DNA from: Antedon mediterranea
Lineage: Eukaryota; Animalia; Echinodermata
Assembly (NCBI RefSeq): GCF_964355755.1
Contig: NC_092672.1
Coordinates: forward strand, 25,001,337 to 25,065,336
Reading direction: 5' to 3'
DNA length: 64,000 bases
Below the pieces are notes generated by a model. It did not search any database. It was not told where the DNA came from and was given only the letters and a program-made list of their open reading frames with translations. Below are positions 51,775-64,000 of this stretch, one piece after another (position 1 is the stretch's first letter; each line of letters starts with the position of its first letter). A program made the position numbers and the translations under genes.

Positions 51775-54536
51775 AAAATAAAAGGTGATGCAATTATTTT
51801 GTTATCAATCAGGTTTTTTTTTTATTTTAAACTCTCCAAAATTTATTTTCTGCAATTAAAATTATAATTTTAATAAAAATATATTTTCCGTAAAATAATC
51901 TAATTAATTTAGTATTAGTATAAGACTAACATCAATTCTTTTCAAAACTACACTGTTTTATTTGACATTACGTGAACCTGAAAATCGCCAACGAAAGGTC
52001 AACGATGTTACACCAATACCACACATGGATAAGTAGCCTGCTACCAAGATCGGGCCCAATGCGACAGGCCCAAGTTTTTAGGGCTTTGATGACTAGTTGA
52101 CGCACGATTTTACTGATATAGAAAAGATTATTTAAGTTCAGTTTATTAGGGTTAGATTGATTTTTAGGAGTTTAATTGATTATTTTGCGGTTAGGTCTAG
52201 GGATGGCCTAAGCCTCTCCCTATTTTATTTATGGGCCTGGCTGTCCATAGTCAGTCCTGATTGTTTTAAAAAACATGGTAACAGACCTACCTACTGGCCT
52301 AGATTTAACAAATCAAAAGACATGTCTTTTTGTTTTACCCTTTCTTTACACCACCAGTACATTTACACATTACTGATAATGATATCATCTATTATTTCCT
52401 GTATAATGGTTTTCACCCATATGCCTATTCTTTTCATAGGAGTCTACAATTAACAATAGGTCTGTAGTTCATTTCCTTTAATGTTTATTGGATTCTGTTC
52501 TTTGTTCATTATATTGTCTATCTACAAAATTAGCAGGCACAGAATAATAAAAACACATTCAAGTGAAACTTGTAATTATATCAGGTGCTTAATTAATATT
52601 TTGATTAATTTTCAACATGTAAATTGTCCAATTGAAATGCGTTGTTTTGTCAAATAAGTTGACACCAGTATGTTTCCTTGTACTAATAGGCCTTTGTTAA
52701 ATAATATTTATTTATTTTACTTACTCTGGAAGCACCCTCATTCAAGAAGTGTGCCACTGTTTCTAAAGTGTAGCTTCCAAATAAATTATTATATTATATG
52801 TAAAAAAAGTGGAGTAAAGTTACTTTAGGTAACTAATTATAAAGGCATTCATTTTAAATGTGTTATAATTATAGCTAGAATTCTTTATTTTGTTATTTAC
52901 TTTATTAATATTAAAAATAAACTTCCAACAGCAAGGAGTTATTTAATTACTTATGTGTACACATTCAGAATACCAAAGAAATTTTATAGTGAAAATACCT
53001 CTATGAGAATCCCTACCAACTGTACTATCTTCAGTTCAGACTAGCCAGCAAGTTTGGAATAGCCAACATGCATTTGAGCAGTGGGGTGCGTGTGATAATT
53101 AGAATAGCCACAAGGATATCTCAGAAAAATTAGATATTTTATCATAACTTTTGAACTACTGGACAGATTTTTTTGAAAAAAAATCTATAATAATTCTTAA
53201 AATAATGCAAGACTATAGCAATCATGCTTAATAACGAAAAAGTTATTGTGAATATTACTGAAATTGTGTTCAGGCAGAATGAGTTTATATCACACTTCCT
53301 GTTCACCAAGATAAATTAAACAGATAAGATTTTAATCCTTTTTTTCCACTTTGACTGGTGACTCTACTTGTAATGATTGTTTATTCTTACTATAGGCACG
53401 CCTATGCCTGAACCTATTACAGTTATGGTATGCACTAAATATGTCCATCATTATGCGATTAAATATTATCCTTATTTAGGCTATTTATTAAATAATAATA
53501 TATTACGAACTGAGGCCTACTATATAGTAGGCCTATGTGTAGCCACAAATCGTTAAACGATATATAATTTAGTCCTACAATTTCACTGAACTCTAAGTAT
53601 GTGATCGTAAAAATCATATATTTTATGATATTAATATCATAAATAATTTAATTATACAATATCAGACTAAAATAAAAGAATTTTAGTTTTACTGAAACAT
53701 AAATTAAATGTCATATACAGTAATAAAAATAAGAAATTGTGTCGTTGAATTCTAATATACGTATATTTTTGAATATTCATGAGAACAAATTATATAATTT
53801 TTTTCATGCGCGCACTAAAATATGATTTTAAAATAAGTCTTTAATATGCTAAAAAATGCACTAGGGTTATTAAATTAAAAAGTTGCTTAAACGGTAAAAT
53901 TTCGATTGATAAAAAATATGATTAATTTGTTAGCTGGTATAAAAACTGCGATATCTCCGTGAAAATTTACTCGATTTTTAAACGGTTTTTTCGAGAAAAA
54001 AGCTCAAAGAACAATGATGTATGATGTATTAGAAACTACTGCGCAGCCTCCGTTTACTTTTACTGAAAAAATGGTTTACAAATTGATAACTGTATTTCAA
54101 ATGAAGACTATGTTATTGTTACATGCAAAAAAGCACTGAATTCAAGACTGACATTTTTGTACAGGCATGCTAACTTCTTAGACATGCAAAGTAGACACTT
54201 TTATGCTCTGCAATAATTCAATGTGTTTTCGACTACTGTATGCTACATCAGTCTGGTATTCTGGTATAACTTCACTCCTCAAAATAAACTGTAACCCTAA
54301 ATAAAATTGTACAGTTTTTTCTTATCACCCACTAACAATCAACCACTAATGAAACAATTTCATTAACCACTAACGTAATAACAGTAGAAAATGTGGGTTA
54401 TTTTGGAAATATTCTGGAATTTTTGTGGAGAAAACATTTTTGAATTTGTTGAACTTCAGTTTTAATCCTATGTGTGTTCTCTATGTTTTTCTTCTCCGAG
54501 ACAAATATGTTACTACATTTTTCACATGTACAGTAT

Positions 54537-54602
54537 GTCTAGTGGTATGATTCTCGCTTGGGGTGCGAGAGGTCCCGGGTTCAATTCGCGGACGAGCCCC
54601 CA
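54537..54602 (+). pseudogene. Reverse-transcribed tRNA-Pro copy (nt 10-76, anticodon GGG, CCA end); not a functional tRNA gene
   Basis: gtctagtggtatgattctcgctt-ggg-gtgcgagaggtcccgggttcaattcgcggacgagccc-cca; the 5' acceptor strand is missing. Confidence 0.88.
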
Positions 54603-55203
54603 TAAATATCACACAGCCGCAATTACGGCTCTTTCGGACATGTAATATCTGGTAACAAACGGTAAACAACGGTAAATAGCCACAACTGTACACATATAAA
54701 TGCAAAAAGTAAATTTAATAATAATCTTTGACAAACAATTCTTTCTTTTATAATCTAAACCCCCCAAAAAAAAACCACAAAAAAAACCCAACCAATTCTC
54801 AAACAATGATACAGTATCCCTATTCCCCACAAAATTTATACACTTTCCCAAATTCCCAATCCTTCCAGACAAAAAAACCAACAATCTTCTTTATTGTCAA
54901 ATAAATCCCAGCAACCCCCCTTTCAAATACAATAATATCACAAGATGAATGATTAAACAATAATAAATGTCCACAATATCGTTCCTTCTTGCCTTTCCTC
55001 CTACGCTGACACAAAAACAAATTAGAAAGATAAAAGTTACAACGATTCTGCAACTAAACAACTCCCACGCCTCTGCTCCCGTTCTGCTTGTATTCCCAAT
55101 TATAATTCTTCTCAAACTGTAACTATTTTCTGACATCATAAATAAATGAAATATAAAGTTAAGATGTTTCTTGATGTCTTTCTGTACTGCCTTATAGTAT
55201 TAC

Positions 55204-55584
55204 TTCCAACTCACAATTTATTAACTTCATGTATATCGCTTTATTTCCTTTCTGCTTCAGCTCTACATCACCATAATTATTTCCAACTCACAATTTATTA
55301 ACTTCATGTATATCACTATATTTCCTTTCTGCTTCAGCTCTATATCACCATAATTATTTCCAACTCACAATTTATTAACTTCATGTATATCACTTTATTT
55401 CCTTTCTGCTTCAGCTCTATATCACCATAATTATTTCCAACTCACAATTTATTAACTTCATGTATATCACTGTATTTCCTTTCTGCTTCAGCTCTATATC
55501 ACCATACCTATTTCCAACGCACAATTTATTAACTTCATGTATATCACTTTATTTCCTCTCTGCTTCAGCTCTATATCACCATAA
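55204..55584. repeat. 77-bp tandem repeat (~5 units) inside the LTR
   Basis: Unit ttccaactcacaatttattaacttcatgtatatcactttatttcctttctgcttcagctctatatcaccataattat. Confidence 0.9.
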
Positions 55585-57103
55585 CTCAATTACTTCTTCT
55601 CCTGTACGTCTTAATTTCTCCTATCCATATTCACCTATCCCTTTCTGGCTTATCATAACATAGCCCTCCTTCTCTGTCTCCTCTCAATTTCCATCTCCCT
55701 CAAAATTCCCTCAATTATACACATACCACCACCTTATCCTTCTCAACCAATCCGCAACTCACACACCAACTCAACTCTTACACCTCTCCTCCAATCAGCA
55801 ACCTCCACACACTCCACACACACTTCTCTGCACACACACACACTCTGCTCCACTGACTTCAAACAATAGTTCCCTAAAACAAAAGAAAGGTTCAAATAAT
55901 GAAAACAAAAGGAAAAGTAAGAATGACTTGCAAAATAAATACAAAACTCATGTCACTTGTGACACAGTACGCTCATGAACTTTTGTCTGTCCCACTTAAT
56001 AAAGTTGAATTGTCGAGTTTGTTGAATTTAGCCTGGTTAGTGTCTGTCCGTTCATTCGTTGATTTAATATTTTAACTGTAGGACATGTGTACAGTATAGG
56101 GTCTTTACTTTTTATAGGGTCTATTGAACCTAGTTTGACTGACTGTCCATCCTTCTGTTCTCCCTTTTGACTTCGGCCTATTAGAACAAAGCAAAAACCA
56201 AATTACCCTATCTAATTATAATTTGAGTAGAATATAGAAAATGATAATGAAATATAATGAAACACCTAACTTTTTCTTCAAATATGTTTGATACAGAGAT
56301 GCTGTACTGACACTTTTTTTGTGCAATTGTTGTGTATTAAAATTGATTGGGAAAAAGAAATCACAAAACATTTTAATCTTTTGTAGTTTATTGTAAAGAA
56401 CATTGTTTTTATTTCATTTTCATAAATAGTAGTATACACTTACATATAAATATAATTCAGTACTGTACTGTAATACTTAAAAACATAGGGCTACAAGTTT
56501 CATGCAGTTAAGGTACAGTAAGGGGAATCATTGGACAGTATTAAACAGTTAACATTTAGAAAAAAAATGTATTACACAGGAGGTATGTGGAGGATGGGTA
56601 GGGTTGAAATAAGCACAATGGTGGTACTTACCTGACTGAATGTTGAATACTGATTGTTGAATGTGTCTCTCCTGGCGGAAGGAAACAACAATTTACAAAA
56701 GAATGCCATAACATGTGGAGTAGCGTGATTGTTGTTCACCTAGTTGTGTGTGTGTGTTATTATAACATTTATTTTATCAAAATATTAAAACCACTTTAAA
56801 AATGAAATAAAAAATGTTTACATGGAACCACACGTAATACACAAAACAGTGATATTTATTAGGCCGTCATCCTTTCACCCACTAACAAGTTTTACAATAA
56901 CAAACCTTTTTTCTCATACTCTCTCTCTCTCTCTCTCTCTCTGGAAATGTGACTTATCTCCAACTTTCCATACGGAAAGTCTTACGATTAAAAAATTGAT
57001 GGCCGGATGGGAACGGACTGATAATTTTAAAAATGAAAATTTGTTTTAATTAGATTAAAATTTACATTTCCATCTGATAATTAAGACACTGTCTAAAGGT
57101 TAA

Positions 57104-59101
57104 AGGGGGATTCTGGGTTTAAAATTGCTTTTAAATGTCGTTTATTTATTAAATAAAAAATATTATAAAAATATAGACATGTCAGAATGAAGAAATAATA
57201 ACGAGAAATAAAAAAATAAAATTTCATATACATTTTAGGGTAAATTCATGGAAAGTCTGTTTTTCAGCAGCTTAGGGAAGCTCATTAATATTCATGAGAT
57301 ATTCACAAAATCACGTCATCAGTGGATTCCAAACTCGCGACGTCATGTACGTTGTGTTTTTCAATCTCCCCTGTCAAACGACGACCACCCGATCATTGTG
57401 AAATACATTATTTGTAGGTTTTCTAAGCTAGGCCTGAAGTGTAATAATAACAGTAGTAGCATATATTTATTTGACATTTAATAAAATACAAAATTTAGTA
57501 CAGATTACGGAGTCATAAATTATATACTATTTTTATACCTCGAATAGTACAGATCCGTACTATCGGCTTCACGTACTAGGCTAGGCCTAGCCTTAATCAT
57601 TTTTTTTCATGGGTGAGAGCCATTCTGACTAGAGATTAAAACGCTAAAACATTGGGGTCCATCATGGGCCTAGCTAGCCTACTACTAAACGATTGGCCCA
57701 TAAATAACAAAACTCAGTGGATTCCAAACCCATCCTATCAACCAAACTCCTAAACAATCTAAACCTAAAACATTCTACAAAATCGGCTGTAAATATCGCC
57801 GTTCGCCGTCCGCACGTATGATGTCCCGATCGTCTAAGTAGGCCTAAAATAGGCCTAGGCCCTAGGCCTAGTTTACTCTCCAAAAAAGCGGATACTACTG
57901 CATCAAGCAAGTAGACCAGTAGTAGGAAGGAGACCTAGCCGATCCGACCCAGTTAAAAATTGAGCTAGCTAGTGTAGTAGACCCTATGCGAATTGATACT
58001 ACCAGGCCTTTTACTAGGCTACACTTCTTAAAATTAGCAATACTTATGTTTACAAATATTCCAACTCTCTCATTCGAGCTATATTATCTATACCATTCCG
58101 GTAGGTCGAGTCGACCTTCAATCAAATACTGTACATCGTTCATGTTGTAATTATAGACGGGGTATACTCTCGACCCGACCAGTTTGGTATTGTATACTGT
58201 ATCTGCTTATCACGTGACGATGCCAGGCATGGGTAGATAGAGCACGTGTATCGTCGTCTCGCTCTCCTCGCTCTCAGCAGGAATGTATACGTTACGCTTC
58301 ATTGATTTTGAAGGCTTTCCCTAAAGCCCGGCGCACACTAGAGCTTCCGGCTGAGCCAACTGGCACGAGTAACACTTGCCTCAAGTGTGCGCCGGGGATT
58401 TCGTGAGGAATCGGCCACGCGTGCCGCTGAGGAAAATATCTATCGTGTTTAATATTTTTTGGCACGCGTGCCATTTTCCTCAAGTGTGCGCCGAACGTGA
58501 GCTTCCTGCTCACTAAAAAATTCCACTGCGCCTGACATGTTCTGATTTATTATGATATTTCAGCGCGTGCTGTATAGCGTAGTAAGTAATTATCCAATCA
58601 GAAAATCGTGTACTGAAGGCGTTTAGTGTGCGTCCGATAGAACGCGAACATAGTTTGCGGCAAATTTTTTAGTGAGCCAATTGTTACTCGTGCCAGATGG
58701 CTCAGCCGAAAGCTCCAGTGTGCGCCAGGCTTAAGTCAGTGCGAAAATCGGCAAACGTAAAGTGCAAACATATCTAATTTTTCACTGTTTTGATGAATTT
58801 TCATAGAACATTGACTTTATAAATGGGAAGACCGACTAAAATTACATCAGATAAGTATAATTTTACAAAAGTAATTGATATGGTTAATGATAACGAGTCG
58901 TCGGAAGATTGACCATTTCACTAATTTCCTATTCTGTAACACAGTGTCATATCGCCGTAGCTGCACTTGTAATCTGGCCTCATTTCACAGCCTTCGTTCT
59001 GCTTCACTGGGCGCTTATATAAATTGAAACTTTTACCGTTCAAGAGACAAACAAATATATTTTACATTTTTTACTATTCATTTTAAACCCGGAACCCCCC
59101 T
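57104..59101. mobile_element. Non-autonomous Kolobok-like DNA transposon (TTAA TSD)
   Basis: ttaa|agggggattctgggtttaaaat ... attttaaacccggaacccccct|ttaa. AGG termini favour Kolobok over piggyBac. Confidence 0.75.
58325..58731. mobile_element. PIF/Harbinger-like MITE nested in the Kolobok-like element
   Basis: ~50-bp TIR agcc[c/t]ggcgcacact.gagctt.cggctgagcca.ctggcacgagtaaca; TAA TSD on both sides. Confidence 0.8.
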
Positions 59102-59913
59102 TTAAAACATTGAAGTATAGATAAGTAAACAAAGATTTTGGTTAAGTTTAATTTAGTAGTCAAACCATTATTTATCCAACGAGAGTTGGCGGACAAACAA
59201 ACATAACTCGAATCCTAGATTTTTTAACTTTCAAAGCATAACTAGTGGTTAAAATGTTGTTATGTTAGTGGTAATGTATTACATTATTGTTAATGCTATA
59301 TTAGTGGTTAATTTTTGTTATAAATGTGTCATTTTAACAGAACAAATACCCAGAGATACATTATAGCATTTATGTTTAAGAGTTCAGTTAATAGTCCTAT
59401 TTTGATATTTGTGTCTTTTTTGGTTTTCATTAATTCTAAAAGCAAGTAATATAATTTGAAATACAAATTGCAGAGTTGTAAAATAAATGTTTCAAACATG
59501 CAGTTGCAAATAAAAAAAAGGCAAATTACTAAAAGTAATGACAATGCTGTGGGTGGCTGGATCTCAATGGAAATAAAAAAACAAAAAGCTAAATCAAAAC
59601 GATAAAGTAAAAGTTAAAACAGCCAGACATTTTAATATAGATATCTTCTTTATTGTTTGTGTATAAATGGACATTTATTTATGTTTTGTTAATATTTTTT
59701 AATTATGTCAGTCACATATTTTCCATCCTCATGTTTGGTGTAGGACATTAAAACTGCATTTATTGTCATGTTTTCTGAGCTTTCAAAGTCTGTTCTTTAA
59801 TATCAGGTGAAACTGGAGAACAACCTGGTTGAATATTCTAGCACTCTAATATCGTTCTATGTTTAATAATGTCTTGATTTGTGGTGAAAGGAATGTTTGA
59901 TAGTTGGTCTTAA

Positions 59914-61436
59914 CAGTGGCAGATCCAGAGGTAGAAAGTAAAGTACTTTGAATTCATTAATTAAAACACATTGTTTCAGCGCCGTGCTAATTTAGTCTTT
60001 ATTAGAGGTTGCCATTGCTGTTGCTGTCGTCACACAAAATTATTGTTATGGGTGTTTTGCTAAGTGGTATGACACATGTTCTTCTGCTGCCTAGCTAGAT
60101 AATTCTGAAGAATATTATCAGCCTAGACATAGAGCGCACATGACAAATATTTGAATACTCATTTACCCAAGCGATTCCTATACTGTAATTTGAAAACAGT
60201 CCTGATAGTCTCTCCAAAACATTGGAGAGTTTGTGTGATTGAAAACTACTGAAAAGATGTTCAATTGCATTTTTTGATGACTATAAACCCTGCAACCAGT
60301 GCATCAGCAGAGCGAGAAAATTTAGCTCTGGAGACTGTAAAAAATTATCTTTGAGATACCATAATGGAAGATCGACTAGATGCATTGTTATTGATCAGGA
60401 CATTAACCTTAATTATGATGTCATTATTCTTAAGTATGTGAATATGTATCCCCGCTGGATGAAGTATGTAGGCCTATTTTTATTTATTAAATTTACAGCA
60501 TTAATTGTTATTACATGTTATTGTTAAGATAATCAAATTAATAAGCAGTATAGAGATTCAGCCACTGATTACCACAGCATTGTCATTTTTTAGTAATTTT
60601 CCTTTTGACCTTTATTTTATTAAGATATAGACCTATAAGCCTAAAGCCCTAAAACACGCTCTTTCACTATGTATTATTTAACATAACTAGGGTAACATGA
60701 TAAATTTGAAGTTGCATCATTTTTTTAAAGTAGTTAATAATAGGTAGCTTTCGAAACACACGACACGCCGATTATCGAGATGCAAAAGACTGTGAAATCC
60801 TACTGCGCATGCGAGAGCAAAGCCAGTTTGTTCGGCCTGCTCATCACGAGATGAGATTCGGCTGATTTGGAAGACACGACTTGTACTACTGATTGTATTT
60901 TATTTAGAAAAATATTTAAGAACTGTTGTGTGATGACAATGTGTTATTAAATTAGACCCTAGTAGGGAAATGCGATCATCATCATGAATCATGGTGATGG
61001 CAGGTGCTTTGGTATTAGTGATCATGTGACAATGACCTGATCATAAAATTGAAACAGTTTATAATTCGTGACGCAAAAGGCATGCAACGGTATCCATGGT
61101 TGACTGACTTCCGCGTCTCGCGTCGCCACTTCGAAAGCTCACTATTACCATACCGGAAGTACCTTTATCAGGGAATTCCCCCTGATGGTCACATTGAACG
61201 TGTGTTTACCAGCGGAAAAAGTAGACTATGATCTTTTTACCAATTGTTAACACGCTATGGGAGTGTCATTTCCGGCCAACTATAGGTGCCATTTATCATA
61301 AATTTTACGTGCGAGAATACAATTTCATTTAACAAAATTTGCTTCACCACAGATCCCACCTGTGCCTCATGTACTTGGTGACTGGTCGCGTCCCCTCCCC
61401 CCTCCCCGCTTTACTACAAGGCTGGATCCGCCTTTG
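59914..61436 (+). mobile_element. Degenerate hAT transposon relic
   Basis: 60289-60400 translates PATSASAERENLALETVKNYL*DTIMEDRLDALLL (hAT C-terminal dimerisation motif). Candidate TIRs cagtggcagatccag / ctggatccgcctttg; no TSD seen, so boundaries are tentative. Confidence 0.55.
60741..61144. mobile_element. Possible small MITE nested in the hAT relic
   Basis: Short inverted ends taggtagctttcgaa / ttcgaaagctcacta. Confidence 0.35.
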
Positions 61437-64000
61437 TTTATGATGAGCAACAATGCCTGTTTTCTGTGTGGTAGAAGTACATATGATTGCAACTTCATTT
61501 TCCTTGTACCTCCTTGTACACACCTTGAAATTAAATTGCATAAATGAATAATTAAATATCAAAATGAATAATATTAAACATAATGTTAGTCCATCATGTA
61601 CTTCATATTTCATATCATAAAATGCTACCAGGCACTAATAATAGAATTAGAAGTCAGGCATATACAGTAGGCACATTGGTGGGCTGGTTTGTACTGTCAC
61701 ATCTGGACCGAATCGTCCTGAATTCAACTAGTTATAGTAGCCTATAGGCCTTGTAAGTAACGTAATGCTAAACCTAACCTAGTGTTAATTACATGCATTT
61801 GGTGTTTCAAGCTTATTTTTGGATGAACCAACCATACTTACCATCCTTTCGAAAAGTTTGAAATATGTGCGCCGAGCACATGCTATCTCTCAATATTTGC
61901 TAGCGATGACCTCTAAGTGATCTGATTGTGACGCAAGATTTATCGAATGCAGCATTTGGCAACTTGCAAATAAATTAGTCTGAAAACACATTTTTTGTAA
62001 AATGTGCCGTTCTAACATCGCTTAATAAATAAAAGGAACTAAAAGGTGTCCCAGCTCAAACGGCGCTAGCGGTTTTATTATATTAGGAGAAGATGGAGTA
62101 AATAGGCTTAATTGGTTATTGATTAGGCCACATAAAACCTCCTTTTTTAAAAACTTTTTTTTATAAAGTTGCCAAAGAAACACCACTGAAAAGGTCATTT
62201 TTTACTTTTATAAATTGCTAAATTGTGTGTGCGGCCAAATATTATTTGAAAGGTATTAAAACCCATTTCTAGACTGGTATTTTGTTTGGATATCGTGCAT
62301 GAAACTACCCCTACAGCATTGCAAAGAAGAATATTAATAGTTCTGAAGATTTTTTTTGTAATTATGATTTTATATAATTAGTATGTCACGGCAACATTGC
62401 CAGTGGGTTTGGTATGTTGTGGAGGGTGGACTCAAGACAAGAATAATATACATATAAAACACTATAATATTATATGTCCAGATTATCTACAGGTGAATTA
62501 TCTTCATGAGTCCATTTCCAATTTTACGTCGAAATACAGTACTCTTTGTTCATGTCACTCCCATATTTCCACTCCATCTTATCCATAATTTCTTCGGTGA
62601 TTTCTCTGATGTTTTCTAAGCTTAATCTTCTTAATCTTGGCACTTCTCTATTCTCAAGTGGCACTGTAACACAGACAAATATTACCGTAGTATACAGTTC
62701 ATTTACAGTACTTTATAACATTCATTAGAACAACAATCTATTTTATAAATATAACTATTCTACTTACAATGCAGCCTAATTCATTACTCGTACGCAAATC
62801 CCAATTTCATTGTCTTATGGTGACAATGCTCACTCGCTTCCCGTTGTCTACAAAAAGACTGTATGCGCTACTCCGCAATCTACACAAAACATCGTTATTC
62901 AAATAATTTGCTCATTACCATAATTATAGTGATCACCTGTTGGATTATTATTATTTTGTGACAAAGTAGTCAAATTTTGAAAATCATATTTCACAGTTTA
63001 AACATTTTAATCAAAAATACTATGTAGAAATGTTGTCATCAGTGACTTAACTATCAATACTGTGCAACTCCTTTTCATAACTGTCTCAGTTGTGGGTTCA
63101 CTTCCAGGATTCAACATTTTTTTGAATTACTACTTTTCTGAAATATGGTGAGGGACCTAAATGATGTATCTCTACAAAACATTAAAGACCCCCACCCTGC
63201 ATTGAGTAACTCTTTTAGAACAATTCTGTCCTTAACATTTTATAGCATGCAAATACAGGCTCCTGGCAAAGCAGCATAAAAGTGGACGTAGTTGTGCAAA
63301 CATGAGGGAGGATTTGCGACACGGATACGTCACACCAACTTATTCGTTTTTGTAAGCCAGTACAAATCGGTTTCGCATGGCAACGAAATATTGAGGGCGC
63401 CATCCAAAATATGACTGCTGTAAATTTGAATGAAGCACAGGTATATGTTGCAATGGAGGTTGCCTATAGGCCTAGTATAGCGAGAGAGGACTTTAAAAAC
63501 TGCTATTTATCAAAATTGACTTGGCATTTTTACTAAATTACTTTCAATAAATTATCTATAATTATATTATCATGAATCATTTTTTATTCAATGCAAAGTG
63601 TGCAAAATAGATAAAAAACTATGACTGGTGATTTTTGTCAACACAAATACACTTTACGAATATCAGCTCAAAAGTTTAACAAATGTATGACCTATCCGTT
63701 TCCATTATCGTATTCGTAAGGTTGCGAAACCTCCATATTATTTGGTGCCATCATATATCAACATCAATATAGGCTATGTAGAATCTGTAGCAAAACTAGC
63801 ATAGATATGACTAATTGTGCTTTTAATCAAATACTATAAAATGAAAATAGAGAATATTTAATCTTCTTTTAATGAATCACACAATCAAGTGTAAAATTGT
63901 ATTCAGAGATTTATTGAAAATTATGGTTTTAATTAATCTTTACCCAATTTGTAATAACAATGCTAAACAAAATAGGGTGAAGTTTAAACAACTTTTTAGT

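Larger units (their letters stand above)
54536..55964 (-). mobile_element. Single LTR (54607-55964) fused to an extended tRNA-Pro primer copy, with 5-bp TSD
   Basis: TSD cagta at 54531-54535 and 55965-55969. Minus strand TGTCACA...TGTGATA, then TTTA, then TGGGGGCTCGTCC (tRNA-Pro PBS). Absent from the paralog at ~4450. Confidence 0.78.

Noticed and set aside
54537-54602. Functional tRNA-Pro(GGG) gene
   Set aside because: Lacks nt 1-9, has encoded CCA and a T-stem mismatch, no Pol III terminator, and lies inside a TSD-flanked insertion.
62490-63420. Coding-like minus-strand stretches (e.g. VPLENREVPRLRRLSLENIREITEE; GALNISLPCETDLYW)
   Set aside because: Interrupted by stops and I cannot assign a family; possibly decayed TE exons. 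BLASTX would be needed.

Overview
AT-rich metazoan (probably invertebrate) genomic DNA made almost entirely of intron and transposable-element sequence; it is not prokaryotic and has no CRISPR array. The only host coding sequence I can support is three 99-bp, phase 0-0 exons on the + strand, each encoding exactly one ankyrin repeat (31364-31462, 35910-36008, 49980-50078). The first two lie in a locally duplicated module and differ only by amino-acid-changing substitutions concentrated on the ankyrin binding face. The largest element is a 10.7-kb Foldback/Mutator-like element (17301-28047; 9-bp TSD; arms of 21-bp tandem repeats). Inside it sits a nearly intact DIRS1-type tyrosine-recombinase retrotransposon (21859-27310; ITRs, ICR, gag, RT-RNaseH-MT, YR). 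Also present: two non-autonomous Helitrons, Helentron/DINE-like elements, Kolobok- and Harbinger-like MITEs, a hAT relic, a CR1/L2 3' fragment, a tRNA CORE-SINE, a 5S+tRNA composite SINE and several minisatellites. One insertion is unusual: an LTR fused to a reverse-transcribed mature tRNA-Pro (CCA end, GGG anticodon, stop at position 9/10). Several multi-kb blocks are duplicated within the window, giving empty-site controls for many insertions. All comparisons were made by eye.
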